A stretch of 64,000 nucleotides of DNA, from contig JAUYMS010000048.1 in the NCBI GenBank assembly GCA_030698625.1, positions 90,404-154,403 of the forward strand, written 5' to 3'. The number at the start of each line of letters is the position of its first letter. Position 1 is the stretch's first letter. The notes beneath the pieces were generated by a model. That model worked only from the letters and a program-made list of their open reading frames with translations, had not been told where the DNA came from and did not search any database. Shown here in pieces: positions 12,725 through 23,760 of the stretch. The stretch is from Candidatus Omnitrophota bacterium (GTDB lineage: Bacteria; Omnitrophota; Omnitrophia; Omnitrophales; Aquincolibacteriaceae). Both the position numbers and the translations under genes were made by a program.

Positions 12725-13192
12725 ATGAGACGCAGACGAGCAGCTCGAAGAAAAGTGATTCCGGATCCCAGGTACGGAGATATTCTTGTCGCGCGGTTGA
12801 TTAATTTGGTGATGTACGGCGGGAAAAAGTCGTTGGCCGAGCGGATTGTCTACGGCGCTTTTGATGCGGTGAAGGAAAAAACGGGTAAAGAGCCGTTGGA
12901 AGTTTTCAAGCAAGCCTTAGATAATGTGCGCCCGCTTCTGGAAACCAAGTCGCGACGGGTTGGTGGTGCGACTTATCAGGTTCCTGTTAGTGTTCACCCG
13001 GAGCGCAGTCACACTTTGGCGATGCGCTGGCTCCGTACCTTTGCGCAGAACCGTAAGGGCAAGCCGATGCGGGACAAGTTGGCCGAAGAAATCATGGATA
13101 GCTATAACAAGACCGGGACGACGATGAAGAAAAAAGAAGATATTCACAAGATGGCGGAAGCCAACCGGGCGTTTGCTCATTATCGGTGGTAA
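12725..13192 (+). CDS. rpsG: 30S ribosomal protein uS7
   Basis: [25 protein letters not shown]. Confidence 0.99.
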   Translation: MRRRRAARRKVIPDPRYGDILVARLINLVMYGGKKSLAERIVYGAFDAVKEKTGKEPLEVFKQALDNVRPLLETKSRRVGGATYQVPVSVHPERSHTLAMRWLRTFAQNRKGKPMRDKLAEEIMDSYNKTGTTMKKKEDIHKMAEANRAFAHYRW

Positions 13193-13204
13193 GGAAAGAA
13201 TTTC

Positions 13205-15289
13205 ATGGCTGAAGAAAAACGAGACATAAAATATCCACTCGATCGAATTCGGAACATTGGTATCGCTGCGCATATTGATGCGGGGAAGACGACCACAACC
13301 GAGCGCATTCTTTATTACACCGGCAAGACCTATAAGATTGGCGAGGTTCATGAGGGGACAGCCGTCATGGACTGGATGGAGCAGGAACAAGAGCGCGGCA
13401 TTACGATTACCTCCGCTGCGACGACGTGTTTTTGGGGGGATTGCCGTATCAACATTATCGATACTCCCGGCCACGTTGATTTTACAATTGAGGTAGAGCG
13501 GTCCCTGCGCGTCCTAGACGGATGCGTTGCCGTGTTTGGCGCTGTTGAAGGCGTGGAACCCCAGTCGGAGACGGTCTGGCGACAAGCGGATCGATACCAC
13601 GTGCCGCGTATTGCATTTATTAATAAGGCCGATCGGACGGGTGCAAAGTTTCAGGAGAATGTGCAGCAGATGAGAGATCAACTGGGCGCCAACCCGGTGC
13701 CTTTGCAATTGCCGTACGGTCTCGAGGAGAATTTTAAGGGTGTTATTGACCTTGTGGAAATGAAGGCGGTGGTTTTTAAAGATGAAAACCTGGGCGCCGA
13801 ATTTACCGTCGAGGAGATTCCGGCCGATCTTCAAGAATCAGCCAAGAAGGCTCGCGAAGAGATGGTCGAGAAAGTGGCAGAGCATGATGATGCGTTGATG
13901 ACGAAATTCATAGAAGGGCAAATGCCGGGCATTGATGAATTGAAAGCGGGCATTCGGAAAGCTACGATTGCCTTAAAAATCACACCCGTGATAGTCGGCT
14001 CCGCTCTCAAAAATAAGGGCGTGCAGCAACTCCTCGACGCAGTGGTGGCCTATTTACCTTCACCGATGGATGTTCCTCCCATTAAGGGAATTAACCCTAA
14101 CGATGATTCAGAGAGTGAACGCAGAGCCGACGACAACGGGCCGCTCACCTGTTTCGCCTTTAAGATTGCAAGCGATAAGTTTGTGGGGAACCTTTGTTAT
14201 ATTCGAATCTATTCGGGTGTGCTGGCGGCAAGTTCCTACGTTTATAATCCCCGCTCCGGAAAAAAGGAACGCATTGGGCGATTACTGCTTATGCATTCGA
14301 ATAAACGCGAGGAATTGGAATCGGCCGGTGCCGGTAATATCGTTGCCGCCGTCGGTTTGAAGGACATTAAAACCGGAGACACGCTGTGCGATGATAAGGA
14401 CCCGATTGTGCTTGAAAATCTTTTTGTGCCGGAGCCGGTAATTTGGATGGCTATTGAACCGAAGACTAAGCCGGACCGCGACAGGATGTCTGATGCGATA
14501 CAGCGTCTCGTCAGTGAGGATCCAACGTTTCGCGTCAGGACCGACGCGGAGACGACGCAGACTCTTATTGGCGGAATGGGCGAACTCCATCTGGATATTA
14601 AAGTGGATATTATGAAGCGTGAATATAATGTTCAAATTAATATGGGTAAACCGCAGGTGGCGTACAGAGAGAGCATCAGCACTGTGGCGCAGGCTGAAGG
14701 CAAATTCATTAAACAGACCGGCGGCCGCGGACAATACGGCCATTGCTATCTTAAAATTGAGCCTTTGGAACGCGGTAAGGGGTTTGAATTCGAAAACAAG
14801 GTTGTCGGAGGTGCCATTCCTCGCGAATACATTCCGGCTGTAGGTGCGGGTGTCGAAGAGGCGTGCAACAATGGAATTCTTGCTGGTTACCCGATCACCG
14901 ACCTTAAGGCCACGGTCTTTGATGGCAGTTATCACGACGTTGACTCTTCCGAAATCGCCTTTAAGATGGCCGGCATCATGGCTTTTAAGGAGGCCTTTAG
15001 CAGAGCGAAGCCGGTGCTGCTTGAGCCTATTATGTTGGTTGAGGTGGTGGTGCCTGAGGAATACATAGGCGATATTATCGGTGACCTCAACTCGCGTCGT
15101 TGTGTTATTCAGGAGATGGGCAATCGTGGGCACCTCCGTGTGGTTAAGGGGCTGGTTCCCTTGTCGGAAATGTTTGGTTACGCAACGGCGATTCGTTCGC
15201 TGTCACAAGGACGAGCTACCTATAGCATGGAGCCTAACAGCTATCAGGAAGTTCCTAAAGCGCTCGCCGAAAAAATTATGGCAGGCTAA
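13205..15289 (+). CDS. fusA: Elongation factor G
   Basis: [42 protein letters not shown]. Confidence 0.99.
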   Translation: MAEEKRDIKYPLDRIRNIGIAAHIDAGKTTTTERILYYTGKTYKIGEVHEGTAVMDWMEQEQERGITITSAATTCFWGDCRINIIDTPGHVDFTIEVERSLRVLDGCVAVFGAVEGVEPQSETVWRQADRYHVPRIAFINKADRTGAKFQENVQQMRDQLGANPVPLQLPYGLEENFKGVIDLVEMKAVVFKDENLGAEFTVEEIPADLQESAKKAREEMVEKVAEHDDALMTKFIEGQMPGIDELKAGIRKATIALKITPVIVGSALKNKGVQQLLDAVVAYLPSPMDVPPIKGINPNDDSESERRADDNGPLTCFAFKIASDKFVGNLCYIRIYSGVLAASSYVYNPRSGKKERIGRLLLMHSNKREELESAGAGNIVAAVGLKDIKTGDTLCDDKDPIVLENLFVPEPVIWMAIEPKTKPDRDRMSDAIQRLVSEDPTFRVRTDAETTQTLIGGMGELHLDIKVDIMKREYNVQINMGKPQVAYRESISTVAQAEGKFIKQTGGRGQYGHCYLKIEPLERGKGFEFENKVVGGAIPREYIPAVGAGVEEACNNGILAGYPITDLKATVFDGSYHDVDSSEIAFKMAGIMAFKEAFSRAKPVLLEPIMLVEVVVPEEYIGDIIGDLNSRRCVIQEMGNRGHLRVVKGLVPLSEMFGYATAIRSLSQGRATYSMEPNSYQEVPKALAEKIMAG

Positions 15290-15306
15290 TCAGCCGAGGA
15301 TGAGAA

Positions 15307-15621
15307 ATGGTAACAACTAGAGAAAAAATTCGAATCAAGCTAAGAGCCTATGATCACCGGATATTAGACCAGTCGGTCGTTGAGATTGTTGAAACGGCCA
15401 AGCGCACCGGAGCGAGAGTTGTCGGACCGATTCCGCTTCCGACCCATATTTGGAAAACGACGGTCTTGAAAGGCCCAACGATCGATAAGAAGGCTCGCAA
15501 TCAGTTTGAAGTCCGTACGCATAAGCGCGTGCTTGATATTGAAGAACCTACGGCAAGGACAGTCGACGCATTGATGAAGCTTGATCTTCCTGCCGGCGTG
15601 GATGTGGAAATAAAACTATGA
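15307..15621 (+). CDS. rpsJ: 30S ribosomal protein uS10
   Basis: [30 protein letters not shown]. Confidence 0.98.
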   Translation: MVTTREKIRIKLRAYDHRILDQSVVEIVETAKRTGARVVGPIPLPTHIWKTTVLKGPTIDKKARNQFEVRTHKRVLDIEEPTARTVDALMKLDLPAGVDVEIKL

Positions 15622-16478
15622 CGATTGGGTTGCTGGGAAAAAAAGTAGGCATGACGCAGAAGTTTGATAGCGAGGGGCGCCAAATCGGGTTAACCCTGGT
15701 GGAAGCCGGTCCCTGCAGCGTCGTCGGATTACGAACCATCGAAAAAGACGGTTACGTTGCGGTTCAACTGGGTTTTCGCAAAGCCAAGGAGAAACGGCTC
15801 AGAAAATCCGAGGTTGGACTGTTCAAGAAAGCCAAGGTAGCGCCTACAAAATATGTTCGTGAAATTCGCACTGAAGAGGTTGAAGGTCTCCGCGTGGGCA
15901 CCCAGGTGGCTGTTGATAACTTTGAGATCGGCGATTTTGTTGATGTTGAAGGCATCTCAATCGGTAAGGGCTTCCAGGGAGTGGTGAAAAGGCATAAGTT
16001 CAAGGCGGGTGAAAAGGCCCATGGGTCAAAATTCGGCAGAGAAGCCGGCTCGACCGGTGCGTCCGCATTTCCCTCTCGTGTTGTGAAAGGGAAAAAAAAT
16101 GCCGGCCATATGGGCAATGAACGCATCACGACTCAGAACCTAAAGGTTATAGAGGTGGATAAGGAAAATAATCTTTTGGCGCTAAAAGGTGCGGTTCCTG
16201 GGACGGAAGCGGAGGACCAGTACCTCATCATTCGCATAGCCAGGAAGCGCGGCACCGCCCGCAAATGGAAGGTCGTGGAGTCGGAGACAAAGCCGGAAAA
16301 AGTTAGGGACAAAGAGGCCAAGGAAGAACAGGCAGCGAACGCCCCCGCAGAGACAGCCAAGGCAGAAAAGGGTGCTCCTCAGGAAGCCAAGAAGCAAGAA
16401 GATCCTGCCAAAGATAAGGTCAAGGCAGTTCCGGCGAAAGAGGCAAAGCCGGAAGACGATTCAAAAGAGAAATCCTAG
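15618..16478 (+). CDS. rplC: 50S ribosomal protein uL3 with ~75-aa C-terminal tail
   Basis: [33 protein letters not shown]. Confidence 0.98.
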   Translation: MTIGLLGKKVGMTQKFDSEGRQIGLTLVEAGPCSVVGLRTIEKDGYVAVQLGFRKAKEKRLRKSEVGLFKKAKVAPTKYVREIRTEEVEGLRVGTQVAVDNFEIGDFVDVEGISIGKGFQGVVKRHKFKAGEKAHGSKFGREAGSTGASAFPSRVVKGKKNAGHMGNERITTQNLKVIEVDKENNLLALKGAVPGTEAEDQYLIIRIARKRGTARKWKVVESETKPEKVRDKEAKEEQAANAPAETAKAEKGAPQEAKKQEDPAKDKVKAVPAKEAKPEDDSKEKS

Positions 16479-16510
16479 ATTACGTGAGATAAAGGACAAA
16501 GGTTAATACC

Positions 16511-17182
16511 ATGAAGGTGCCTGTTTACTCTAAAGCGGGAAAGAAGAAAAAGGAAATGGTGCTCAACCCGGACGTTTTTGGCGCTCGGGTCAACGAGAGG
16601 CTTTTGCAATTGGTCTATCGCGGGTATCGGCGCAACCTTCGCCACGGTACAGCGGATACGAAGGTTCGCAAGGAGGTTCGAGGCGGTGGACGTAAGCCCT
16701 GGAAGCAGAAGGGTACTGGACGCGCACGTGCTTCGTCAACCAGATCGCCGATTTGGCGGGGTGGTGGTACAGTTTTTGGACCGCATCCGCGAGACTATAG
16801 CGTGGATATGCCCCGTTCCATGAGGAGGACCGCGTTAATTTCTGCGGTTAGCAAAAAGGCTCGGCAGAAGAATCTAGTGATCGTTGAAGACTTGAATCTG
16901 GAATCGGCTAAAACTAAGGAATTTGTTGAAATCATTAAATCCATACCGCTCCAGAGTAAGCGTACCCTCTGCGTCGTGAAAGAGATCACGCCAAATCTGA
17001 AGCGAGCAAGCAAAAATGTTTCATGGATGGCGGAGATTTGTGCAGCGCAGGATGTCAACGCGTACAAAGTACTGCACCGCGCTATGCTTTTGATCGAGAT
17101 GGATGCGATTGCTATTGTGGAAGAGCGAGCGGCAAAAAAGTCTCGAAAAAAGGAACTTTCTTCCGTCGAAGGGGATAAATAA
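16511..17182 (+). CDS. rplD: 50S ribosomal protein uL4
   Basis: [26 protein letters not shown]. Confidence 0.98.
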   Translation: MKVPVYSKAGKKKKEMVLNPDVFGARVNERLLQLVYRGYRRNLRHGTADTKVRKEVRGGGRKPWKQKGTGRARASSTRSPIWRGGGTVFGPHPRDYSVDMPRSMRRTALISAVSKKARQKNLVIVEDLNLESAKTKEFVEIIKSIPLQSKRTLCVVKEITPNLKRASKNVSWMAEICAAQDVNAYKVLHRAMLLIEMDAIAIVEERAAKKSRKKELSSVEGDK

Positions 17183-17187
17183 TTGCT

Positions 17188-17475
17188 ATGAAACGGCATC
17201 TGTACGATATACTGCGCGACCCCGTTATTACGGAAAAGATTGCTGCCGCCACTGAGAAGAATGGCAAATACGCTTTCCGTGTGCACTCGAAGGCGACAAA
17301 GCGTGACGTCAAGGCTGCGGTTGAGAAGATTTTTAGTGTTCATGTGACCCGGGTGAATACGATGGTTCAACCCGGGAAATGGCGGCGTGTTCGGTTTCAG
17401 CCGGGGAAAACGCCGGAATGGAAAAAAGCGATCGTGACTTTAAAAAAGGGCGAGAAGATCGACATCACCGCATAG
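17188..17475 (+). CDS. rplW: 50S ribosomal protein uL23
   Basis: PVITEK, VNT, WKKAIVTL. Confidence 0.97.
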   Translation: MKRHLYDILRDPVITEKIAAATEKNGKYAFRVHSKATKRDVKAAVEKIFSVHVTRVNTMVQPGKWRRVRFQPGKTPEWKKAIVTLKKGEKIDITA

Positions 17476-17489
17476 GTTGAGAGAAAACA

Positions 17490-18320
17490 ATGCCATTAAT
17501 CAAATTCAAACCTACAAGTCCGGCGAGACGATTCGGCAATGTTTCTGACTTTGCTGAAATCACGGAAAAGCGTCCTTATAAACCGCTTACAAGAATACGC
17601 AAGCGTACGGGGGGACGTAATTCTCATGGGCACATAACCTCGCGACACCGAGGTGGCGGCCACAAGAAGAGAATTCGCATTCTTGATTTTAAACGGGAGC
17701 GCTTAGGGCTGCCGGCAACGGTTTTGACGATCGAGTATGACCCGAATCGTACGGCGCGCATTTCCTTGGTGCAGTACCCGGACGGTGAGAAAAGGTACAT
17801 CCTCGCGCCCAATGGATTGCGCGTGGGGCAGACGGTCGTCAGCGGACCCGACTCAGAGGTCGCGATGGGAAATCATCTTCCCTTACGAAAGATTCCGGAA
17901 GGTACTGCGATTCACAATATTGAGATGATGCCGGGGTTGGGCGCTAAGATGGTCCGCGCTGCTGGCGGCGCTGCTCAGATACTTTCGAAAGAAGATAAAT
18001 TTGCGCACATCAAACTTCCTTCAGGGGAAGTTCGTATGATTGTACTCGACGCATATGCAACCGTCGGGCAGTGTTCTAACATTGATAATGAAAATATTAT
18101 TCTTGGTAAAGCCGGCCGCCATCGCTGGAAAGGGGTTCGCCCGATGAGTCGCGGTGTTTGTCGCAATCCGGTGGATCACCCGATGGGCGGCGGCGAAGGT
18201 AAGTCGAAGAGCGGTAAGCATCCTCAGAGTCCCTGGGGGCAGTTGTCCAAAGGATTCAAAACCAGAAAAAAGAGCAAAATGTCAAAGCGCTATATCGTCA
18301 AAGACCGAAGGAAAAAGTAA
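17490..18320 (+). CDS. rplB: 50S ribosomal protein uL2
   Basis: [21 protein letters not shown]. Confidence 0.99.
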   Translation: MPLIKFKPTSPARRFGNVSDFAEITEKRPYKPLTRIRKRTGGRNSHGHITSRHRGGGHKKRIRILDFKRERLGLPATVLTIEYDPNRTARISLVQYPDGEKRYILAPNGLRVGQTVVSGPDSEVAMGNHLPLRKIPEGTAIHNIEMMPGLGAKMVRAAGGAAQILSKEDKFAHIKLPSGEVRMIVLDAYATVGQCSNIDNENIILGKAGRHRWKGVRPMSRGVCRNPVDHPMGGGEGKSKSGKHPQSPWGQLSKGFKTRKKSKMSKRYIVKDRRKK

Positions 18321-18322
18321 CT

Positions 18323-18622
18323 ATGAGTCGTTCCGCGAAAAAAGGTGTTTACGTAGATGAGAAATTGCTAAAGAAGGTGAAGGCGGCGGCGCAGCGCCGT
18401 GACCGCCGTCCGATCAAGACTTGGTCGCGTCGTTCAACGATCACCCCGGATTTTGTGGGCGTGACGCTGGCCGTGCATAACGGAAAAGTGTTCAATAATG
18501 TTTTCGTGACGGAAAACATGGTGGGGCATCGCGTCGGTGAATTTTCTCCGACGAGACTCTTTAGGCAGCACAGAACGTCCCAGGATAAAGCCAAGGCAAT
18601 AGCAGTTGGCGCGAAAACCTAA
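18323..18622 (+). CDS. rpsS: 30S ribosomal protein uS19
   Basis: [25 protein letters not shown]. Confidence 0.98.
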   Translation: MSRSAKKGVYVDEKLLKKVKAAAQRRDRRPIKTWSRRSTITPDFVGVTLAVHNGKVFNNVFVTENMVGHRVGEFSPTRLFRQHRTSQDKAKAIAVGAKT

Positions 18623-18638
18623 TTAGGATATTGGCGAA

Positions 18639-19157
18639 ATGGCAAAAGTAAAGGAAAAAACTGACTCACCAGTTGGCAGCGAGCCTCGACACGCAAAATC
18701 GGTTGCGCGATATCTGCGGGTTTCTCCAAGGAAAGTTCGGGTCGTTATCAATACGGTGCGGTATAGTCCGGTTCACCGAGCTTTTGGCATTCTTTTGTCC
18801 ATACGGAAAAAGGGCGCCCGGTTTACTGAAAAGGTGCTGAAGAGTGCGGTGGCCAACGCGAAGGTTATGGGGTTGGCGGAGAATCGTCTTTACATTTCGG
18901 ATATAAGAGCGGATGGGGGGCCAATGTTGAAGCGGTTTAGGCCGCGTTCCATGGGGCGTGCAGATAGAATTTTGAAGCGAACAACTCACCTGTCGCTCAT
19001 CCTCACAGAGGGTGCGCGGGTATTTCGTGGCGGGCCTGCCCCGGAGCAAGAATCGGAGGAGCAGGGAGAAAGCAAGCAGGACAAGAAGTCTAAGGCTGCG
19101 GTCAAGAAGGTCCGCAACCCCGCAAAAAAGAAGGCGGCCAAAGCCGCTGCTAAATAA
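18639..19157 (+). CDS. rplV: 50S ribosomal protein uL22 with N- and C-terminal extensions
   Basis: SPRKVR, KSAVANA, PRSMGRA, KRTTHL. Confidence 0.97.
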   Translation: MAKVKEKTDSPVGSEPRHAKSVARYLRVSPRKVRVVINTVRYSPVHRAFGILLSIRKKGARFTEKVLKSAVANAKVMGLAENRLYISDIRADGGPMLKRFRPRSMGRADRILKRTTHLSLILTEGARVFRGGPAPEQESEEQGESKQDKKSKAAVKKVRNPAKKKAAKAAAK

Positions 19158-19179
19158 GGAAAGAGACTGGGAGGAATTC

Positions 19180-20103
19180 TTGGGACAGAAGACACACCCG
19201 TATGGGTTAAGACTAGGATACATAAAGCCGTGGAAGGCGAAGTGGTTCGCCCGGAAGAATTTGAGCGGTATCCTTCACGAGGATCTTCGGATTCGCGACT
19301 TTGTTAAAAAGACATTATACACTTCCGGGATAGCGAACATTGAAATCGAGCGTTCTAGTGGCCGCTTGCGTGTGCGGATTTTCACAGCTCGCCCCGGGGT
19401 CATTATCGGGCGTCGCGGGCAGGAAATTGACAAGGTCAAAGATCAGTTGACGGCCCTAACGGGTGGTGAGCTCTTCCTTGATATCAAAGAGGTTAAATCG
19501 CCTCAGACGGACGCCCAATTAGTTGCTGAAAATATTGCTATGCAACTTGAGCGCAGGGTCAACTTCCGCCGCGCGATGAAAAAGGCTATGCAGGTAGCGA
19601 CGCAGAAGGGCGCGCTAGGCATTAAGGTTCAATGCAAGGGGCGTCTGGGTGGTTCAGAAATTGCTCGTGAGGAAAAATATCACCAGGGGAAACTTCCTCT
19701 CAGCACTTTTCGGGCTGATATTGATTATGGTTTTGCCGAGAGTTTGACGACCTACGGCAAAATTGGCTGCAAAGTTTGGATCTATAAAGGGGATATCTTA
19801 GTCAAGAAGGAAGCGGCTGAGGAGCGCGAGGAGCGTGAGAAGCGGCGTACTGTCGCGGAGGCAAGGCAACTCCAGAAGGAAGCCTCGGCAGAAAATGTCG
19901 AAGGTGAGCTAAAGGCCGCAAAGCCTAAGAAGCAGGTTTCTAAGGTGAAGACGGAAACTGTGGTTGAGACAGCCGGCGAGGGCCCGGTTGATGAGGCTAC
20001 AACAGCTCCTCTAGCGACGCCGGCCCGTGAGGTAGCGCCGCCGGCTGAGAGCGCGCCTCCGCCGATTGATCCAAAGTCGGACACTGATGGTAAGGGATTA
20101 TAA
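19180..20103 (+). CDS. rpsC: 30S ribosomal protein uS3 with ~100-aa C-terminal tail
   Basis: TTG start after GGAGG gives MGQKTHPYGLRLG; RPGVIIGRRG, GRLGGSEIAR. Confidence 0.97.
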   Translation: MGQKTHPYGLRLGYIKPWKAKWFARKNLSGILHEDLRIRDFVKKTLYTSGIANIEIERSSGRLRVRIFTARPGVIIGRRGQEIDKVKDQLTALTGGELFLDIKEVKSPQTDAQLVAENIAMQLERRVNFRRAMKKAMQVATQKGALGIKVQCKGRLGGSEIAREEKYHQGKLPLSTFRADIDYGFAESLTTYGKIGCKVWIYKGDILVKKEAAEEREEREKRRTVAEARQLQKEASAENVEGELKAAKPKKQVSKVKTETVVETAGEGPVDEATTAPLATPAREVAPPAESAPPPIDPKSDTDGKGL

Positions 20104-20106
20104 GTT

Positions 20107-20523
20107 ATGCCGTTGATGCCAAAAAGAGTCAAATTTCGAAAGCAGCAACGGGGTTCGTTGGGCGGAATTGCGGTGCGCGGCAGTTACTTGGCATTTGGGG
20201 ATTATGGCTTGAAGGCAATAGACCGCGGGTGGCTGACGGCAATTCAGATTGAAGCGGCCCGCGTTGCTCTTACGCGGCACGTCAAACGCGGCGGGAAAAT
20301 CTGGCTACGCGTTTTCCCCGATAAGTCATACACAAAAAAACCTGCAGAAACCCGAATGGGTAAGGGGAAGGGCGCGCCGGAGTATTACGTGGCGGTTATC
20401 AAGCCCGGCAGGATCATCTTCGAAATGGGTGGTGTTCCTGAAGAACTGGCCAAGTCTGCAATGAGGCTATGCGCTCATAAAATTCCCATTCGAACAAAAT
20501 TTGTAAAGCGAACGATAGGATAA
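20107..20523 (+). CDS. rplP: 50S ribosomal protein uL16
   Basis: [14 protein letters not shown]. Confidence 0.98.
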   Translation: MPLMPKRVKFRKQQRGSLGGIAVRGSYLAFGDYGLKAIDRGWLTAIQIEAARVALTRHVKRGGKIWLRVFPDKSYTKKPAETRMGKGKGAPEYYVAVIKPGRIIFEMGGVPEELAKSAMRLCAHKIPIRTKFVKRTIG

Positions 20524-20525
20524 TC

Positions 20526-20732
20526 ATGGAAAAGGCGAAGGATTTACGCAACCTGAGTCCGGAAGAGCTGAAAGACAAAGTCGATCAGCTTAAGCTGGAT
20601 CTTATGCAGCATCGGTTCCAGGCCAAGACGGGAAAGCTGGAAAGGCTTCCTATTTTGGGAGACAAGAAGCGTGATATTGCGCGCGTTTTAACCATTATGA
20701 ACGAAAAAAACCGAGAGGCCCAAAGTGAGTAA
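20526..20732 (+). CDS. rpmC: 50S ribosomal protein uL29
   Basis: KRDIARVLT; synteny. Confidence 0.95.
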   Translation: MEKAKDLRNLSPEELKDKVDQLKLDLMQHRFQAKTGKLERLPILGDKKRDIARVLTIMNEKNREAQSE

Positions 20733-20988
20733 CAACAATGTAAAGTCGTCGGGACCTTTGATGCTTGAAGGAACGGTCGTCAAAGATAAGATGAATAAGA
20801 CGATTGTGGTCGAGGTCACACGCCTCATGAGGCATGCCACGTACCAAAAAACTGTCCGCAGAAAAATCAAATATGCGGTGCATGATGAGACTAATCAGGC
20901 GAAGACGGGTAACAAGGTTCGTATCGCAGAGACGCGGCCGCTTTCGAAGACCAAGCGTTGGCGTCTTGTTGAGGTGATGGGAAAATGA
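20725..20988 (+). CDS. rpsQ: 30S ribosomal protein uS17
   Basis: [21 protein letters not shown]; GTG start. Confidence 0.97.
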   Translation: MSNNNVKSSGPLMLEGTVVKDKMNKTIVVEVTRLMRHATYQKTVRRKIKYAVHDETNQAKTGNKVRIAETRPLSKTKRWRLVEVMGK

Positions 20989-21353
20989 TTCAGATGCGAA
21001 GCGTGTTAGAGATTGCCGACAATAGCGGCGCGAAGAAAGCCGCCATGATCGGTGTTCGCGGCCGGCATGGAAAACGGTCCGCCGAGGTCGGTGATATCAT
21101 TACGGCATCGGTCAAGGAAGCGATTCCAAATGCGAACGTCAAAAAGGGCGAAGTGGTCAGGGCAGTGGTTGTGAGAACTCGTTCTCCGATTCGACGCACT
21201 GACGGCTCTAGCGTTAAATTTTCAAGCAACGCGGTGGTTCTTATAGATAATAACAATAACCCGCGTGGAACGCGTATATTTGGTCCTGTAGCCAGAGAAT
21301 TACGTGAGCGCAAGTTCGCTAAAATCATCTCCCTGGCACCTGAGGTGGTCTGA
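20985..21353 (+). CDS. rplN: 50S ribosomal protein uL14
   Basis: [27 protein letters not shown]. Confidence 0.99.
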   Translation: MIQMRSVLEIADNSGAKKAAMIGVRGRHGKRSAEVGDIITASVKEAIPNANVKKGEVVRAVVVRTRSPIRRTDGSSVKFSSNAVVLIDNNNNPRGTRIFGPVARELRERKFAKIISLAPEVV

Positions 21354-21355
21354 TT

Positions 21356-21664
21356 ATGAAAATCCACAGGAATGATCAAGTTGTGGTGACGACAGGCAAG
21401 GATCGCGGCAAGAAGGGGCGTGTCATGAGAATTCTACCTGACGCGAAGAGTGTTCTTGTCGAGAAGATCAATTATCGAACGGTCTATATGCGCCGCTCGC
21501 AGGCGAATCCGAAGGGGGGAATTTCCAAAATGGAGCATCCTCTGCGAGTTGCAAACGTTAAGCTTGTTTGCCCTCGTTGCAACAAGCCGGCTCGTGTTGG
21601 CTATAGCATTCTGGCGGATCGCACGAAGCAGCGCATATGCAAAAAATGCCACGAAATTCTGTGA
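21356..21664 (+). CDS. rplX: 50S ribosomal protein uL24
   Basis: GKDRGKKG KOW motif; CPRC...CKKC tail. Confidence 0.96.
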   Translation: MKIHRNDQVVVTTGKDRGKKGRVMRILPDAKSVLVEKINYRTVYMRRSQANPKGGISKMEHPLRVANVKLVCPRCNKPARVGYSILADRTKQRICKKCHEIL

Positions 21665-21671
21665 GGAAAAT

Positions 21672-22244
21672 ATGAGTAATGCAGAAAAAGGAAAGCCGCG
21701 ATTGTACGATAAATACCGGACAGAGGTTCGTCCGAAACTTGTCGATGAATTTTCGCTCGGAAATGTGATGCGGGCCCCGCGGATGATAAAGATTGCGGTC
21801 AACATGGGAATCAAAGAGGGGCCTCAGGATGTCAAAATCCTCGAGCTGCTTGCGGCTGAACTCGCCAACATTACTGGGCAAAAGCCGGTTGTCACACGTG
21901 CGAAGAAGTCAATTGCCGCATTCAAATTAAGAGAAAATACCCCGGTGGGACTCAAGGTTACGCTTCGTGGCGATCGGATGTATGAGTTTATGGACCGTCT
22001 CTTCAATGTCGCGATGCCGCGCATTCGCGACTTTCGGGGTTTTTCACCCAAGGCATTCGATACGCAGGGGAATTACTCCCTGGGGTTGCAGGAGCAGATG
22101 ATTTTTCCCGAAATTCGATTTGACAAAGTGAAAAAGATTCAAGGGATGGATATTACTTTCGTGACGACTACCGACTCTAAAGAGGAAAGCAAAAGACTGC
22201 TCGAACTGTTGGGCTTTCCGTTCAAGAGGATCGAAGGAAAATAG
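21672..22244 (+). CDS. rplE: 50S ribosomal protein uL5
   Basis: ITGQKP, KVTLRG, PRIRDFRG, GMDITFVT; start moved to ATG 21672 after GAGG. Confidence 0.98.
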   Translation: MSNAEKGKPRLYDKYRTEVRPKLVDEFSLGNVMRAPRMIKIAVNMGIKEGPQDVKILELLAAELANITGQKPVVTRAKKSIAAFKLRENTPVGLKVTLRGDRMYEFMDRLFNVAMPRIRDFRGFSPKAFDTQGNYSLGLQEQMIFPEIRFDKVKKIQGMDITFVTTTDSKEESKRLLELLGFPFKRIEGK

Positions 22245-22247
22245 AAT

Positions 22248-22433
22248 ATGGCAAAAAAAAGTCTCGTAGCAAAACAAAAACGAGAGCCTAAGTTTAAGGT
22301 GCAAAAATATCACCGTTGTCTGCGGTGCGGAAGACCGAGGGGTTATCTTCGCAGGTATGCTCTCTGTCGCATCTGCTTTCGCGAACTAGCGGTTCAAGGG
22401 ATTATTCCAGGCGTCGTAAAATCGAGCTGGTAA
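22248..22433 (+). CDS. rpsN: 30S ribosomal protein uS14, short Zn-binding type
   Basis: 61 aa, CLRCGRPR...[15 protein letters not shown]. Confidence 0.98.
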   Translation: MAKKSLVAKQKREPKFKVQKYHRCLRCGRPRGYLRRYALCRICFRELAVQGIIPGVVKSSW

Positions 22434-22445
22434 GGAGGAATAGAG

Positions 22446-22844
22446 ATGTCGTGTTCTGACTTTGTTGGTGATTTCTTAACGTCAATTCGCAACTCGTCAC
22501 GCGCGGGTAAAGATAAAGTAACGCTAAAGGCCTCTAAGGTGACGATTCGTTTGGCCGAGGTTCTTAAGGAAGAGGGCTTTATTCAGCAGGCTAAGGAGTT
22601 CAAAGACGGTGAAAAACGCTTTGTGCGCCTTCATCTGAAGTATGTTCATGGTAAGCGGCCGGCCATTCAGGGTTTGAAGCGGATATCTAGACCCGGTCTT
22701 CGTAATTATGTTAATTCGGATCATATTCCGCGTGTCCAGGGAGGCCTGGGCATAGCCATTATTTCGACGTCCAAGGGAGTCATGACGGACCGGAAAGCTC
22801 GCGCCGAGAAAATCGGCGGCGAAGTTATTTGCTCGGTCTGGTAA
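22446..22844 (+). CDS. rpsH: 30S ribosomal protein uS8
   Basis: RISRPGLR, GLGIAIISTSKG, GGEVI. Confidence 0.98.
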   Translation: MSCSDFVGDFLTSIRNSSRAGKDKVTLKASKVTIRLAEVLKEEGFIQQAKEFKDGEKRFVRLHLKYVHGKRPAIQGLKRISRPGLRNYVNSDHIPRVQGGLGIAIISTSKGVMTDRKARAEKIGGEVICSVW

Positions 22845-22854
22845 AGGAGCTATT

Positions 22855-23391
22855 ATGTCGCGCATTGGTAATAAACTCATTAAAATTCCCGATTCCGTAA
22901 AGGTAGAGGTGAAGGGCCAGAATGTCAAAGTTCAGGGGGCCAGGGGGAAGTTGGAGCTCGATGTGCATCCACGCATAAACGTTGCTGTAAAGGATAAGGA
23001 AGTTGCCGTTAAGCGCCCGACGGATCAACGCACGGATCGCGCCCTTCACGGATTGACTCGCAGCCTTATTCAGAACATGATAACTGGCTCCTCTGAAGGG
23101 TACGTCAAGGAGCTTGAAATTGTCGGCGTTGGTTATAAGGCACAGGTCAAAGGGAGGGTGCTGAACTTATTGCTTGGGCATACGCACCCGATTGACTATG
23201 ACCTTCCGGAGGGCATTGAGGCGAAGTGTCCCAACCCGACGCGCGTCGTGATTTCCGGGTGCGATAAGCAGAAAGTAGGGCAAGTTGCGGCCGACATTCG
23301 GCTCTTCCGGAAGCCCGAGCCGTATAAGGGAAAAGGTATTCATTATGTAGGCGAAGTGATCCGCCGCAAACAAGGTAAGACGGTAGGTTAA
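22855..23391 (+). CDS. rplF: 50S ribosomal protein uL6
   Basis: MSRIG, GVGYKA, PEPYKGKGI. Confidence 0.98.
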   Translation: MSRIGNKLIKIPDSVKVEVKGQNVKVQGARGKLELDVHPRINVAVKDKEVAVKRPTDQRTDRALHGLTRSLIQNMITGSSEGYVKELEIVGVGYKAQVKGRVLNLLLGHTHPIDYDLPEGIEAKCPNPTRVVISGCDKQKVGQVAADIRLFRKPEPYKGKGIHYVGEVIRRKQGKTVG

Positions 23392-23395
23392 TATT

Positions 23396-23758
23396 ATGAA
23401 ATTAAAAAAAGATGAACGCATAAAAAAGAGACATATCACGCTTCGCCGAAAGTTGGTGGGAAACTCCGAACGGCCGCGTCTGAGTGTGCACCGTTCTGCG
23501 AAAAACCTGTATGTCCAGGTGATCGATGATACTGCGCAGAAGACGTTGTTCGCATTTTCAACGCGCGATAAGGAATTTGCATCCGAGAAGATTAAGGGCG
23601 GAAACATTGCTGGCGCTTCTCGGTTGGCCAGTCTCTACGTGGCGAAGATGAAAGAAAAGGGTATCAAGAAAATTGCCTTCGATCGCGGGGGCTATCAGTA
23701 TCATGGACGCATTAAGGCGCTGGCGGAGGCCCTGCGTCAGGAAGGGATACAGTTTTAA
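23396..23758 (+). CDS. rplR: 50S ribosomal protein uL18
   Basis: [25 protein letters not shown]. Confidence 0.98.
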   Translation: MKLKKDERIKKRHITLRRKLVGNSERPRLSVHRSAKNLYVQVIDDTAQKTLFAFSTRDKEFASEKIKGGNIAGASRLASLYVAKMKEKGIKKIAFDRGGYQYHGRIKALAEALRQEGIQF

Positions 23759-23760
23759 TC

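Noticed and set aside
14282-15133. 283-aa minus-strand ORF
   Set aside because: Antisense to fusA, no protein-like features
19012-19179. Apparent N-terminal extension of uS3 in the ORF track (likewise rplE, rpsD, pdxA, amtB, larC, rpsF, rpsR, dnaB)
   Set aside because: Longest-ORF artefacts; downstream starts match family N-termini and often have an SD
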